From an uncultured Spirochaetota bacterium (GTDB lineage: Bacteria > Spirochaetota > Brevinematia > Brevinematales > JAOACQ01), in the NCBI GenBank assembly GCA_963835575.1, contig CAWIGG010000004.1, forward strand, positions 448,001 to 512,000: a stretch of 64,000 nucleotides of DNA. Direction: 5' to 3'. Shown in pieces: positions 31,818 through 43,500 of the stretch. Every line of letters starts with the position of its first letter. Position 1 is the first letter of the stretch. The translations under genes and the position numbers were made by a program. Under the pieces are notes generated by a model. It searched no databases. It was not told the DNA's origin and saw only the letters and a program-made list of their open reading frames with translations.

Positions 31818-32571
31818 GGATTTTCCTCACAAAATGTTCCTGATTTAAATCGCTTTCGATTTTTCCTTTATGGGCTATTGAAATCGCGCCGGTCTCTTCT
31901 GATATTATGATGCTGATGGCATCGCTGTCGGACGTGACAGCGATCCCGGCCAGATGGCGCGTACCGAAGCCGGTTTTCTTTTTTAAGTGGGCGTCAACTA
32001 TGACGGACGGGATAATAATTCTGGCCGCGCTGATTTTTTCGCCGGATATCAATACCGCGCCGTCATGCAGAATACTTCCCTTATGGAATATGGACATCAA
32101 TAGCTCCGCTTTGACAGCCGAGTCCAGAGGGACCGATTCCTCCAGGAGCTGTTTCAGGCCGACTCTTTTCTCAATAATGATCAGGCCGCCGGTTTTCACT
32201 TCCGCCATGGAAATGACCGCCTTTGTGATCTCATTAATTGTTTCCAGAGACATCCCCCGGATGCCGGACAGGCCGCCCTGGCCGATCCGTGTTAAAAATT
32301 TTCTTATTTCCGGCTGGAACAGCACAACGATCATAATAACAAAATACTGCAGAACGTAATTAAAGATCCATTCCAGTGTTTTGAGCTCTATAAAGCGGGC
32401 AACGGCCCATAATATGATGATGGCAATAAAGCCTTTTATGATGCTGATTGAATTGGTGTCTTCAAAAAGCTTATAAAGAAAATAGAATAAATACGCCACA
32501 CAGACAATATCCAGAACACTGAGAAGAATTTTAATAAGCATGGGTAAATCAATATTAAAAAGGGCTTCCAT
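31795..32571 (-). CDS. cdaA: Diadenylate cyclase CdaA (c-di-AMP synthase)
   Basis: Three TM helices, FQPEIR, LHDGAV, GTRH, ISEETG. Confidence 0.9.
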   Translation of the reverse strand: MEALFNIDLPMLIKILLSVLDIVCVAYLFYFLYKLFEDTNSISIIKGFIAIIILWAVARFIELKTLEWIFNYVLQYFVIMIVVLFQPEIRKFLTRIGQGGLSGIRGMSLETINEITKAVISMAEVKTGGLIIIEKRVGLKQLLEESVPLDSAVKAELLMSIFHKGSILHDGAVLISGEKISAARIIIPSVIVDAHLKKKTGFGTRHLAGIAVTSDSDAISIIISEETGAISIAHKGKIESDLNQEHFVRKIHEMVEAE

Positions 32572-32593
32572 AAATAATCCCCAAAACCGGATT

Positions 32594-33445
32594 TTACCAG
32601 ATGGCCGCCGATAGATAGCCGACAACGCGCGAGTAATCCCTCGAAGTCTCGCCGGAATTTTTATAAACAAGTATTTTGATGCCGTTTTTATTGAACAGGC
32701 GCGCTAATTCCAGCATCACAGCTAAAGGTCCCGTGCCGCAGGCCTCTATTTTTCCGGCCGAAGATTCTTCAAGGAGCTTTTTAGCGTCCATCAGGGAAAC
32801 AACGCGGATCAATTCGTTATCCATATCCCTGGCTTCCTCGTCTGAATGATAATGCGACAGGTCTGTCGAAATGACAAAAAGATAATGCCTGTCATAATTT
32901 TTCAATACTTCAAAGAGTGTTTCAGCCGCATCCAGAGCGTTTTTATATGACTGCTCGCCCATCAGTACCGGCACGATCTTGAAATCATTACTCAGGACCG
33001 ACTGCAGGAACGGAAGCTGGACTTCAAGGCTGTGTTCCTTGATATGCGCCGTATTGATAAAATCGAATAAGCCGCCGCTTTTTTTAACAAGGCTGTTCAA
33101 AAGCTCCTGTTCCAGACTGATTTTACCCAGAGGCGTTTCAAAAGCCTTATAAAAAGGCAGGGCAAACCCCTCAAAGGAAGTAAAATGGCTCGGCCCGATA
33201 AGTATGATAGTATCGTATTCCTTCTGCTTCAATAAGGAATAAGAATAAGCCGCCACCTGTCCCGAATAGATATATCCCGCATGCGGGGCTATAACGCCCA
33301 ATAGATTATCAATCGCATTTTTCTTAAAGAACTCCGGTATGGCTGACGGAACATTGGATAGATAATTATTGATCATCCGCTTGAGGTTAATCGTATCATC
33401 CGGATAGAACATGCTGGCTACCGCCGGCTTCCTGATTTCCTCCAT
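32594..33445 (-). CDS. AmmeMemoRadiSam system protein B (Memo-like)
   Basis: RKPAVASMFYP, PHAGYIYSG, GPSH, EHSLEVQLPFLQ, STDLSHY, VVGY. Confidence 0.9.
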   Translation of the reverse strand: MEEIRKPAVASMFYPDDTINLKRMINNYLSNVPSAIPEFFKKNAIDNLLGVIAPHAGYIYSGQVAAYSYSLLKQKEYDTIILIGPSHFTSFEGFALPFYKAFETPLGKISLEQELLNSLVKKSGGLFDFINTAHIKEHSLEVQLPFLQSVLSNDFKIVPVLMGEQSYKNALDAAETLFEVLKNYDRHYLFVISTDLSHYHSDEEARDMDNELIRVVSLMDAKKLLEESSAGKIEACGTGPLAVMLELARLFNKNGIKILVYKNSGETSRDYSRVVGYLSAAIW

Positions 33446-33620
33446 ACGGCCCCCTTTATCCGGTAATGTCTTTAAAGTTTTTTACCGGACTAATGAAAGA
33501 ATACTATAAGCTGAAAACTATCATTAATATGATAAAGCATAATTTAAATGAATTCAATAAGTAAAAGGAAAAAACTTATTGACGGAAATCCTGTGAATTC
33601 TGAAAAGCAGGGTTTAATAA

Positions 33621-33649
33621 TTGACAAAAACTACTTCCTATCCTATATT
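33621..33649 (+). promoter_or_regulatory. Putative sigma70 promoter of proA-nadD
   Basis: TTGACA-17 bp-TATATT. Confidence 0.6.
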
Positions 33650-33688
33650 TAATGGTTTTTAAAGCCTAATTCCATTGAGGAGCGTAAT

Positions 33689-34942
33689 ATGGAAAATTTT
33701 AATAAATATGTTGAGGAAATCGCACGGAGGGCAAAAGAGATTTCATACCAGATTGCCTCTGCCGGGACAAATGAAAAGAATGCTCTGCTCAATCAGATTG
33801 CCGATGAATTGGTTGAAAACAGCGGATTTATTATTCAGGAAAATAAAAAGGATCTGGAATATGCTTCCCGGGAAGGGAAAAGCGGTTCTTTTATCGACCG
33901 TCTGACGCTGAGTAAAAAGAGGATCGATCTGATGGCGCAGGCTGTCCGGGAGATTGCCCTTCTGCCCGACCCTGTCGGAAGCGGCAGCATGCTGACGAGA
34001 AGGCCGAACGGGCTCAAGATCATGAAGGTTAGAGCGCCCCTCGGTGTTGTCGCAATTGTTTATGAGTCCAGGCCGAATGTCACAAGCGATGTGGCGGCCA
34101 TGACAATAAAAACCGGCAACGCCGTCATACTCAGGGGCGGGAAGGAATCCGTCAATTCGAACCGCGCCATTGCCGGGCTGATCCATAAAGCGATGGATAA
34201 AAAACATTTTCCCGGGGATGCCGTTCAGCTGATCGATAAGACGGAGCATGAGGTTGTCAATGCCCTGTTAAAGATGAATCAATATATCGATGTTGTTATT
34301 CCCAGGGGAGGAGAAAGCCTGATCAAATCGGTGGTGGAAAACTCGACAATTCCCGTCATCAAGCATGACAAAGGGATCTGTCATGTCTATGTGGATGAAA
34401 CAGCGGACAAAATAAAAGCCGAAAGAATAGTGATTAACGCGAAATGCCAGAAGCCTTCCGTCTGTAATGCCGCCGAGACACTGCTGATCCATAAGGATTA
34501 TCAATACCCGAAGGAGCTCATTCAGGCGCTTATGGACTGTAAAGTTGAGGTTGTAGGCGATAAAAATGTGCTGAAATTCTTTCCAAAGCTGAAAGAAGCA
34601 ACGGAAGAGGATTGGTTTACGGAATACCTGGATTATAAAATATCGGTCAGGATCCTGGACAGCCTCGACGCTGCCATTAATCATATCAATCATTACGGTT
34701 CTCATCACTCCGACGCGATTATCAGCGAAAGTTATAATAATATACAGATTTTTCTTGATAAAGTGGACAGCGCCGCCGTTTACGCCAACGCTTCCACCCG
34801 TTTTACCGACGGGGGCGAGTTCGGCCTCGGGGCAGAAGTTGGAATTTCCACCCAGAAGCTCCATGTCAGGGGGCCGATGGGCCTGGACGGGCTGACAGCC
34901 GAAAAGTGGGTCATTTACGGCGACGGACAGATCAGGGAATAG
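33689..34942 (+). CDS. proA: Gamma-glutamyl phosphate reductase
   Basis: YESRPNVT, PRGG, SVCNAAETLL, NASTRFTDG, GISTQKLHVRGP. Confidence 0.97.
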   Translation: MENFNKYVEEIARRAKEISYQIASAGTNEKNALLNQIADELVENSGFIIQENKKDLEYASREGKSGSFIDRLTLSKKRIDLMAQAVREIALLPDPVGSGSMLTRRPNGLKIMKVRAPLGVVAIVYESRPNVTSDVAAMTIKTGNAVILRGGKESVNSNRAIAGLIHKAMDKKHFPGDAVQLIDKTEHEVVNALLKMNQYIDVVIPRGGESLIKSVVENSTIPVIKHDKGICHVYVDETADKIKAERIVINAKCQKPSVCNAAETLLIHKDYQYPKELIQALMDCKVEVVGDKNVLKFFPKLKEATEEDWFTEYLDYKISVRILDSLDAAINHINHYGSHHSDAIISESYNNIQIFLDKVDSAAVYANASTRFTDGGEFGLGAEVGISTQKLHVRGPMGLDGLTAEKWVIYGDGQIRE

Positions 34943-34945
34943 AAG

Positions 34946-35623
34946 ATGAATCAGAAAGTCGGGATCCTTGGGGGCGCTTTCAACCCGCCCCATCAGGCGC
35001 ATATTCTCCTCGGCGAATACGCGTTAAATCATTTTTCCCTTGACCGGCTTGTCTATATCCCCACGCATATTCCTTCCCATAAAAAAATCGAGGAAGGCTG
35101 GAATGGAAGCATCCGTTCCTTGATGATTAAACTGGCGCTCTTTTGTATTACGCCGGAGGAAACCGGTACGGAATTGAAAAAAATCATTCCGCCGGACCGG
35201 AAAAGCAATAAATTCATTTCTTTGTATGAAGCCCTGTATCAAAAAAATCACCGGGAAAATATCACTGTCTCCGATATAGAAATTGAAAGCGATAAAATAT
35301 CCTATACAATCGATACGGTAAAAAAACTGCTCGCGAATAATCCCGGATGGGAGATCACTATCATCATCGGAATGGACCAGGCCGCCGTACTGGATTCATG
35401 GAAAAATTATGATGAACTGATCGAAATAGCGAATTTTTGCGCCGCTGACCGGGCGGATTTTGACGGCGGCAGCATAAAAAATAAATTTCCCTTTATAGAA
35501 TTCTTTCCTTTTCCGAAAATCGTCATTTCGTCCTCAATGATCCGGCAGAGGCTCAAGGACGGCCGGAGCATCAGGGGCCTTGTCCCGCCGATAGTCGAGG
35601 AATTCATAGCACTCTTATCTTAA
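34946..35623 (+). CDS. nadD: Nicotinate-nucleotide adenylyltransferase
   Basis: GGAFNPPHQAH, SYTIDT, IIGMD, ISSSMIR; adjacent to proA. Confidence 0.88.
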   Translation: MNQKVGILGGAFNPPHQAHILLGEYALNHFSLDRLVYIPTHIPSHKKIEEGWNGSIRSLMIKLALFCITPEETGTELKKIIPPDRKSNKFISLYEALYQKNHRENITVSDIEIESDKISYTIDTVKKLLANNPGWEITIIIGMDQAAVLDSWKNYDELIEIANFCAADRADFDGGSIKNKFPFIEFFPFPKIVISSSMIRQRLKDGRSIRGLVPPIVEEFIALLS

Positions 35624-35654
35624 TTAAACCAGGAATTTGAATCTTACGGGGTGG

Positions 35655-35905
35655 AACCACAGATTACGCCGATTTCACAGATATTTTCTGTGAAATAAAT
35701 ATAAAATTACATGAATAATATATCCCCTGTTTTTTTCTAAAAATGCAAATTGAAAACGACAAAATAAAAAAAACATGCTTGAATTAAAAAAGAAATGGGA
35801 AAACACTTCGTGACTTTATATAAAACCTTAAGTTTGCTTCGTATGGTATTTTCCTCAATCATAATTTCAAAATTGTAATCTGTGTTATCTGTGAAATCTG
35901 TGGTT
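35655..35905. repeat. CACAGAT-type periodic inverted-repeat pair
   Basis: AACCACAGATTACGCCGATTTCACAGAT ... ATCTGTGTTATCTGTGAAATCTGTGGTT around an AT-rich spacer. Confidence 0.8.
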
Positions 35906-35937
35906 TCTTACGTTGTTCCCCGAATTTTGTTAATTTC

Positions 35938-36149
35938 TTAAGGGCAGTTCCAAAAACTCAAAATCAATCAGATATTTCCAACATAGGTTTTGGAACTGCC
36001 CCGGTTATAGAATCTCTTGTAAATTTAATTGGCGCTACCGTATAGAGTTCGCTGGTTGATGATCTTTTCAGACAGTGAACTCGTGCGGTAGCATGAACTC
36101 ATATAATAGCGGCAGTTCTAAATATTTGAGTTTTTAGAACTGCCCTTAA
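35938..36149. repeat. MITE-like three-hairpin element, copy 2
   Basis: TTAAGGGCAGTTCCAAAAACTC ... GAGTTTTTAGAACTGCCCTTAA termini, central GAGTTCGC...GTGAACTC hairpin. Confidence 0.8.
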
Positions 36150-36153
36150 ATAA

Positions 36154-36987
36154 TTACTTGGAAGTAACATTATTATAAAATGAATTAAAAGGATAGATGA
36201 AAAACCGAACATCGAACCCGTATTGATCATTCAGCTGTCTGGTTGAATTTACAAATTCAAGCCAGTATGAATTGTAGATTTCCTCATTAAAAAAGATGTC
36301 AGCATATTTTTTTATCCTGTCCGGGTCGAGCTTTTTTTTGATGTCCTCCCAATTCCCCAGCCTGGCGTTATATCCTTCAAGACAGACCTTTTTAACCCTG
36401 CCTTTCAGGTCCTTAAAGAGGGACTTTATGTCTGTAAGATATGGAAAAACAGGGCCGATATAGGCCGTCAGCCCGATATTTCTTTTATAAATCGATTCAA
36501 TCACATCCAGCCGTTCTTTCTGGCAGGGACTGTTTTTTTCAAAAAGCTGTCTGACGATTTCCGAATTGACCGTAAAATAGATGATATTCTTTTCAGAATA
36601 AGTAAATAAATCAAGATGCCCGGCGATATCGTTCATTTTCGTCAGCAGAACAACCGGGATTTCATGGCTTTTCAGGATTTCCATTATCTGAAGTGTGATA
36701 TGGTATTTTTCCTCAACTTGCTGAAATGGGTCGGTAGTGGAACCGATCAGAATGCGGCGGATGCCTTTTTTCTGCTTCAGTTCCTTCTCCAGCAGACCGG
36801 GCAGATTCTCTTTGACGCAAACATATCCGCCCCATTCATCAGGGATTTTCCGGATCCCTTTATTTGACCGGGAATAGCAGTACAGGCAGCCGGCCTGGCA
36901 GCCTTTATAAGGATTGATGACATAGTCCGCAAGATCGATATTAGTTTGAGAAAGGGCCCGCTCTGTCCGGACCAATTCAATTTTCAT
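36154..36987 (-). CDS. Radical SAM protein (SplB/spore photoproduct lyase-like family)
   Basis: INPYKGCQAGCLYCY (CxxxCxxC), GSTTDPFQ, LLTK. Confidence 0.85.
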   Translation of the reverse strand: MKIELVRTERALSQTNIDLADYVINPYKGCQAGCLYCYSRSNKGIRKIPDEWGGYVCVKENLPGLLEKELKQKKGIRRILIGSTTDPFQQVEEKYHITLQIMEILKSHEIPVVLLTKMNDIAGHLDLFTYSEKNIIYFTVNSEIVRQLFEKNSPCQKERLDVIESIYKRNIGLTAYIGPVFPYLTDIKSLFKDLKGRVKKVCLEGYNARLGNWEDIKKKLDPDRIKKYADIFFNEEIYNSYWLEFVNSTRQLNDQYGFDVRFFIYPFNSFYNNVTSK

Positions 36988-37711
36988 GAGAGAGTTCCGT
37001 AATGATGTTAGTCAAGCCTTTGAAAAGGCTTTTCCCGGCTTTTTTAATATTTCTTAATAACTGAATAAAAGAAATGAATACAGAAGGATTGCGGAAACCG
37101 GCAATTAAAAATCCCGGCCAATTGATTTTCCGGAAAGAATCGCGGATGAATTCCGGCGGGGGCGGTATAAATTCCAGTCCGTCAGTTATTGAGCGGATGA
37201 TAAAAAGAGGGATTTTAAGCGAAGAGGCCCCGGATGAAATTTCAAAACTTTCCATATCGGCAAAACCGGCGCCGGGATATTGCCCGACGACCTCTTTTTT
37301 CCTGTTATTATCCAGAAAATCTCTGGAAGAATAAACTTGAAAGGTTTTATAGGAATATTTTTCCGGGATTTTTTGTAAAATACACGGGATTGTTATTTCA
37401 TTATTAAATCCGGGTGTGATAATGGATTGATCTCCTATGACGATATCTCCGGCTTTGAGTCTATTATCAAGGCCGCCGGCATAACCCGTCGAGATCCATA
37501 AGTCAAAAGTTATATTTAAATCTTTTATATATTGAACAAATCTTCTGATATTGCGCGGGCCGACGCCTGTAATGCCTGATAAATAATAATGTCCGCCGTT
37601 ATTCATCTGATAAAGTGAAATTTTTTTTTGAGTAAATATCTTTTCTGCCTTGAAATATTTCAGTATAAGTTTAATTTCGCTTTCAAGGGCCGCCGTTATC
37701 AGAATATTCAT
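36977..37711 (-). CDS. Nucleoside phosphorylase/MTA-SAH nucleosidase-like protein
   Basis: AALESE, TGVG, TGYAGGL, GDIVI, DMES, IRSITD. Confidence 0.8.
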   Translation of the reverse strand: MNILITAALESEIKLILKYFKAEKIFTQKKISLYQMNNGGHYYLSGITGVGPRNIRRFVQYIKDLNITFDLWISTGYAGGLDNRLKAGDIVIGDQSIITPGFNNEITIPCILQKIPEKYSYKTFQVYSSRDFLDNNRKKEVVGQYPGAGFADMESFEISSGASSLKIPLFIIRSITDGLEFIPPPPEFIRDSFRKINWPGFLIAGFRNPSVFISFIQLLRNIKKAGKSLFKGLTNIITELSHEN

Positions 37712-37873
37712 GTTCCTCCTCAGTGACCTGATAGTTTATAATAAATTACAGGAGTTTTCAAAAATATAGACCAGTTTGATTTATCATACGGTTGTTGCCG
37801 GCAAACTGATAATGGGAATTAAATATACTTTAGATAAATAAAAATTAAATTGTTCTATGAAGGTTATAACAAT

Positions 37874-37902
37874 TTGACAGGAGTTGTTTTAATCATTATA
37901 TT
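37874..37902 (+). promoter_or_regulatory. Putative sigma70 promoter
   Basis: TTGACA-17 bp-TATATT upstream of the ORF at 37940. Confidence 0.6.
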
Positions 37903-37939
37903 AATGACTGATTAAGAAAAATATTTTGGGGAGGTTAGA

Positions 37940-38215
37940 ATGACTAAACTAGAAAATACGGGCAAGGCAATTGAAAAAAAATTCACATCGTTTCTTTCCG
38001 GTAAACCCATCTGGATCTGGTGGATATGCTATGTTTTATTAATAGGCGTCCTTTTTGGTTTGTTTTATGTTGTTGTTGTTGTTTTAACCAAACAATGGTG
38101 GGCATCCGTTCTGATTATTATTGTAGCCGGCATGATCTGGGGTACTGTTATGTATATGAATTCAAAACCGGCCGCGGCCCCGGTCCCGGCCCCAAAAGTG
38201 AATACAAAAAAATAG
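37940..38215 (+). CDS. Small two-TM membrane protein
   Basis: GGGAGG RBS and two hydrophobic helices. Confidence 0.7.
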   Translation: MTKLENTGKAIEKKFTSFLSGKPIWIWWICYVLLIGVLFGLFYVVVVVLTKQWWASVLIIIVAGMIWGTVMYMNSKPAAAPVPAPKVNTKK

Positions 38216-38382
38216 AACTCTTTTAAAAATCTTTCAGTAATTTAAACTGACAATATTTTTAAATTTAATGCTCTCCGGTTTCAATCATATAATTGGATTC
38301 AGTGCCGTCTCTTTTAATCACTGCTAATAGTGTTTAAAGTATTATATAGAGTGGTTTCTTATTATTAATAAGGAGAGCGGTT

Positions 38383-38745
38383 ATGATGGAATTTATCGGT
38401 TATATGGCGCTTGGGCTTATCAGCGGAACGGCGAGCGGCCTTCTCGGGATCGGAGGGGCTGTTATTATCATACCGGCCCTTGTATACTTTTTCGGGTACG
38501 GGCAGAAAATGGCCCAGGGAACCACGCTGGCAATGATGGTTCTGCCCATCGGCTTTATGGCGGCCATGGAATATTACACCGCAGGCCAGGTCAATTTAAA
38601 GGCCGCGCTTATAATGGCTGTTTTATTCTTTGCCGGAGGATGGCTGGGCGGCAGGCTGGCTTTGGTAATTGATCCCGGCATTCTTAAAAAAGTATTCGCG
38701 GCTTTTCTTATAATAATCGCGGTAAAATTGATATTTGAAAAATAA
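38383..38745 (+). CDS. TauE/SafE (TSUP) family permease, half-size
   Basis: SGLLGIGGAVIIIPAL, AQGTTLA, four TM helices. Confidence 0.85.
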   Translation: MMEFIGYMALGLISGTASGLLGIGGAVIIIPALVYFFGYGQKMAQGTTLAMMVLPIGFMAAMEYYTAGQVNLKAALIMAVLFFAGGWLGGRLALVIDPGILKKVFAAFLIIIAVKLIFEK

Positions 38746-38760
38746 TAAACAGGGAAGGAT

Positions 38761-40023
38761 ATGGATAAATATATCATTAAAGGGTTGAATAAGCTCACCG
38801 GCGATGTTTTTATCAGCGGCTCAAAAAACGCTTCACTGCCCATTATGGCGGCGTCGCTTCTGACGCCTGACAGGATTATTCTGCATAATGTTCCGGAATT
38901 AATGGATATTTCCACTATGATTCAGCTCCTGGAAATACTGGGCAAAAAGATTAAAGCCGAAGCAGGTACAGTACAGATTGATGAAGTTGATCCGGCCCCT
39001 TTTGAAGCCCCCTATGATGTTGTGCGGAAAATGCGCGCCTCAATAGCGGTAATGGGCCCGCTTCTGGCCAGAAAGGGCAAAGCGAAAATATCTTTCCCGG
39101 GCGGATGCGCCATTGGCCCGAGGCCGATAGACCTGCATATACGCGGGTTGAAGGCGCTGGGGACCGACCTTTTGATTGAGCATGGCTATATCTGGGCCCA
39201 GGCCAAGGAACTGAACGGCAAAAGGATCAATCTTCTCGGCAACAGCGGCCCGAGCGTTCTGGCCACGGAAAATGTTTTGATGGCGGCTGTGCTGGCTAAA
39301 GGTGCGACAACAATAGAAGGCGCGGCCTGCGAGCCGGAAGTGGAAGACCTGGCGAAGTTTTTAACTGCTATGGGAGCAAAGATCAGCGGGGCCGGTACGG
39401 CCATAATAGAGGTCGAAGGGATGAAGGAGCTCCATGGAGCGGAGCATTCAATAATCCCAGACAGGATAGAGGCGGGGACTTTTATAGCCGCGGCTGGTAT
39501 TACCGAAGGTGAAATTCACCTTAAAAAGATTAATGTCAGGCATCTGGAATATCCTATAGACGTGTTCTCGAAGGCGGGAGTGGAAATTGAAATACTCTCG
39601 AACGATCATATTATCGCAAAGGGACGGTCCATCCGGCCTGTTGAAGTAGAGACAAGGCCCTACCCTTTTTTTCCGACAGACCTTCAGGCACAACTGATGG
39701 CCTGTGTCAGCATCAGCGACGGCATCAGTATCATTTCGGAAAAAATATTTCCCGACCGTTTTATGCATGCGGCCGAGTTAAGCCGCATGGGCGCGGATAT
39801 AAAAGTGGACGGCGCTACTGCTGTAATAAAGGGAGTTAAAGGCCTTTCCGGGGCATCGGTTATGGCGTCTGATTTACGGGCCGGCGCAGGCCTTGTTGTC
39901 GGAGCATTGGCCGCGCATGGCACAAGCGAGATACTCCGCATCTATCATATAGACCGGGGCTATGAAAGATTGGAGGACAAGCTCAAAAAACTGGGCGCTG
40001 ATATAGAGCGGATACCGCAATAA
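38761..40023 (+). CDS. murA: UDP-N-acetylglucosamine 1-carboxyvinyltransferase
   Basis: SGSKNA, PGGCAIGPRPIDLH, PDRIEAGT, FPTDLQ, DLRAGA, HIDRGYE. Confidence 0.97.
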   Translation: MDKYIIKGLNKLTGDVFISGSKNASLPIMAASLLTPDRIILHNVPELMDISTMIQLLEILGKKIKAEAGTVQIDEVDPAPFEAPYDVVRKMRASIAVMGPLLARKGKAKISFPGGCAIGPRPIDLHIRGLKALGTDLLIEHGYIWAQAKELNGKRINLLGNSGPSVLATENVLMAAVLAKGATTIEGAACEPEVEDLAKFLTAMGAKISGAGTAIIEVEGMKELHGAEHSIIPDRIEAGTFIAAAGITEGEIHLKKINVRHLEYPIDVFSKAGVEIEILSNDHIIAKGRSIRPVEVETRPYPFFPTDLQAQLMACVSISDGISIISEKIFPDRFMHAAELSRMGADIKVDGATAVIKGVKGLSGASVMASDLRAGAGLVVGALAAHGTSEILRIYHIDRGYERLEDKLKKLGADIERIPQ

Positions 40024-40039
40024 CTAAAGGCTTGTCAAT

Positions 40040-40548
40040 TCAGGGTTCTATACTGACAGGAGTGCCTGCTGCAACCTTGTTTTTCAGTTCATTGATATCT
40101 GCATTATGCAGCCGGATACAGCCTTCCGAGGCCATGGTTCCGATGGAAGAATTGTCATGCGTGCCGTGAACGGCTATTTCTTTCCAGCTTTTTCCGCTTT
40201 TTGTCCGGTCTTTGCCGGTATAAAGCCTTAGAAACCATGGCCCGTACGCGCCTTTAATAGGCCCTTTACCGTCTTTAAAGTCATGTTCCCACAGGTTGGA
40301 TTTTTCTATTTTAATGATATAAAAATTACCTTCCGGCGTCCTTTTATCCCCTTCCTTCTGTTTATCTCCCGGGTTTTTTCCGACAGCTATGGGATATTCC
40401 TTTATCATATTAGTGCCGTCAAAAAGATAGAGCTTAAATTCATGCTTTATAATTTTAATGCTTAAAGAGCCTTTGTTCTCCGGAAAGATAAAAGAAATAA
40501 TAAAAAACAACAGATAAAATATAAAAATGGGCCGCAGATGATTTTTCA
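40040..40548 (-). CDS. L,D-transpeptidase (YkuD family)
   Basis: GDKRTPEG, YGPWFLRL, IAVHGT...SEGCIRL; signal peptide. Start chosen at the ATG after GGAG. Confidence 0.85.
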
Positions 40549-43500
40549 TATTTAATACTCCCATAATAATTGAGTTTTGAACCTGAAAACCGCCTGTTAA
40601 TACGCTTATGCAGAAAAATACCAAGTTTAAGTTTAATTCAAATAATCCTGAAAATCAAAAAATAACTCATAAAATAAATTAATAATCTATTTCAATTTTT
40701 TTGTTTGTGAAATAAAATATAATATAATGAAGTTTATATGCTTTTCAAATCACTTCCGCCGGATATTTTTTTAAAATGACGCAATATTGAATTATATTAT
40801 CTTATATTTCAGGATGGATGCTTTCCGGCTATTTACGGTTTGGGGGAAGATATGTCAGAAAAGAAACAAACCATATTGCTGGTAGAAGATGAGGCGGTTA
40901 TAGCAGAGGCCCAGGCTGAGATGTTCAGACGGAGAGGTTTTAAAGTCATAATAGCTCTGAGCGGGGAAAAGGCAGTTGAATTATTTAAAAACGGAAATGA
41001 TATTGATCTCATCCTGATGGATATAGATCTGGGCAAAGGTATGGACGGGACAGAGGCCGCTGAAATCATTTTAAAGGATCATGATATACCGGTTGTGTTC
41101 CTTTCAAGTCATACCGAGATAGAGACAGTTGAAAAAACAGACAAGATCACATCTTACGGTTATGTTGTAAAAAACTGCGGAGAGACTATTTTATATGCAT
41201 CCATTAGTATGGCTTTCCGCCTTTTTGAGGCTCATAAAGAAATAATAAAAGCGGATCAGGAAATGCGTACGCTTGCCGGTGAATGGCAGACTACTTTTGA
41301 CGCGATTTCGGATATAGTCTGGCTTCTGGGGCCGGATTTTAAAATTATCCGCTTTAACAAGGCTTCTTTAAAGGTTTTTAATAAAGACATTCTCGGCCGT
41401 TATTGCCGGGAAATAGTGTTTGGTGTAAATAGCCCGCCGCCGGACAGTCCTGTTGTTAAAATGCAAAAAACAAAGAGCCGCGAATCTGCAGAGATACAGT
41501 CCGGCGGGAAATGGTACAGCATTACAGCCGACCCTATTCTGGACCCGAAAGGCGGTATCTCCGGCGCCGTTTATATTATGAGCGATATTACGGACAGAAA
41601 AATAACTGAAGATGCGCTTAAAAATAACTCCACTCTGATGCGGAACATCATTGATTCCTCTGCCGATTACATTTATGTCAAGGACCCTGAACTCAGGACG
41701 ATACTCTGCAATAAGGTTTTTTCCGGCGCTCTCGGGAAAAAACCTGAAGATCTGTTCGGAAAGACGGATATAGAAAACGGCTGGGACCCCGAACTTGTTA
41801 AAGGCAATCCTGAAAAAGGAATAAAGGGGTTTGAACAGGATGATCTGTCGGCTTTAAAGGGAAACACAGTTGAAGACCCGAGCGAACCGGGGAATGTGAA
41901 AGGGATGATCCATTACTTCGATACCATCAAGCTGCCGCTGAAGGATGAGAACGGTAAAATTATAGGGGTTCTGGGCGTCAGCCGCGATATAACAGAGCGG
42001 AAAGAGGCGGAAGACGCGCTGAGGGAAAGCGAAGAACAATTCAGGGTCCTGGTCGAGAACGCCCCTGACGCCATGTTTGTTCAGTTAAAGGGGAAATTTG
42101 CCTATTTAAATAACGCGGCGTTGAAATTATTCGGCACCGAGGATGTTGTTGAACTATTGGGAAAACCGGTCCTGGAACGCTTTCATCCCGATTATCATTC
42201 TATCATAAAAGAACGCATTCAATCATTGAATGTGGAGCGGAAAACTGTTCCAATAATAGAAGAAAAGTATATAAAAATGGACGGGACTGTTATCGATGTT
42301 GAAGTGTCCGCCGTCCCGATCGTTTATAATAATGACCAAGGCGGCCTTGTATTCGCACGTGATATTACAGAGCGTAAACGCGTGGAAGAAGCGCTGCAGC
42401 AGAGCGAAAATAAATACAGGGCTTTGTTTGAGCATATGCAGAGCGGTCTGGCGGTTTATGAGGCAGTGGACGACGGAAAGGATTTTATATTCAGGGAGTT
42501 TAATGAAGCCGCCGAGAAGATCAGCCTGGTCAGCAGTGAAAAAGTGATTGGAGAAAGGCTTTCAACAATTTTTCCGAACATGGATAAATTCGGGCTTTTT
42601 GCGGCTTTGCAGAGAGTATATAGAACAGGCGTTCCGGAGCTTTTACCGGCCGCTTATTATAAGGACTTGATAAGGGAGGGCTGGAGGGAAAACTTTATTT
42701 ACAAGCTTCCATCGGGAGAACTGGCTGTGATTTATGATGATGTGACTGAACTGATGCGGACAATGGAGTCTTTAAAGGAAAATGAGGAACGTTTCCGCCT
42801 TCTGGTTGAAAACGCTCCCTATGCCATTTTTGTTGAGACTAAAGGTTTTTATGCCTATTTGAACAATTCCGCCGTTAAATTATTCGGGGCGGAATCATCC
42901 GAACAGCTTATCGGGCATTCATTGTATGAGCGTTTTCATCCTGATCATCATGATATTGTCAAAGAACGCCTGCGTCTTTTAAATGAAGAACGGCAGAGCC
43001 TGCCGCCGGCGGAACTCAAATACCTGAAAATTGACGGTACTCCGATTGATGTTGAAGTATCGGCGGTACCTATCGTATATGAAAGGGAAAACGGGGCCCT
43101 TGTTTTTACCCGCAATATTACAGAACACAAAAAGGCAGAAGAGGCTTTACGCAAAAGCGAGGAAAACTACCGCGCATTGACGGAAAGCTCACCGGAGATA
43201 ATATTTAGTGTAGACCGGGATTTTATTGTCCGTTTCGTCAATAAAACCACTGCGGAAAAGTTTCAATCAAAACCGGAGGACATCATCGGCAGGCATATCG
43301 GGGATGTATTCAAGCCTTCGTCGGCTGAGGGGCATAACCGGGCAATAAACCATGTATTGGAAACGGGTCAGACATTCGTTTCGGAAGTACTGGAGGAATT
43401 TCCGGCAGGGACCTGCTGGATTAAGACCCTGCTGTCGCCCTTAAAGGACGCTCAGGGCCGTGTCACGGGGGTCCTCGGCCTGTCACAGGATATTTCTGAG

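Noticed and set aside
34268..35002. 244-aa antisense ORF, and similar ones at 27831, 50908, 57080 and 57697
   Set aside because: Shadow frames opposite well-conserved genes (proA, lysS, TPR, pckG).
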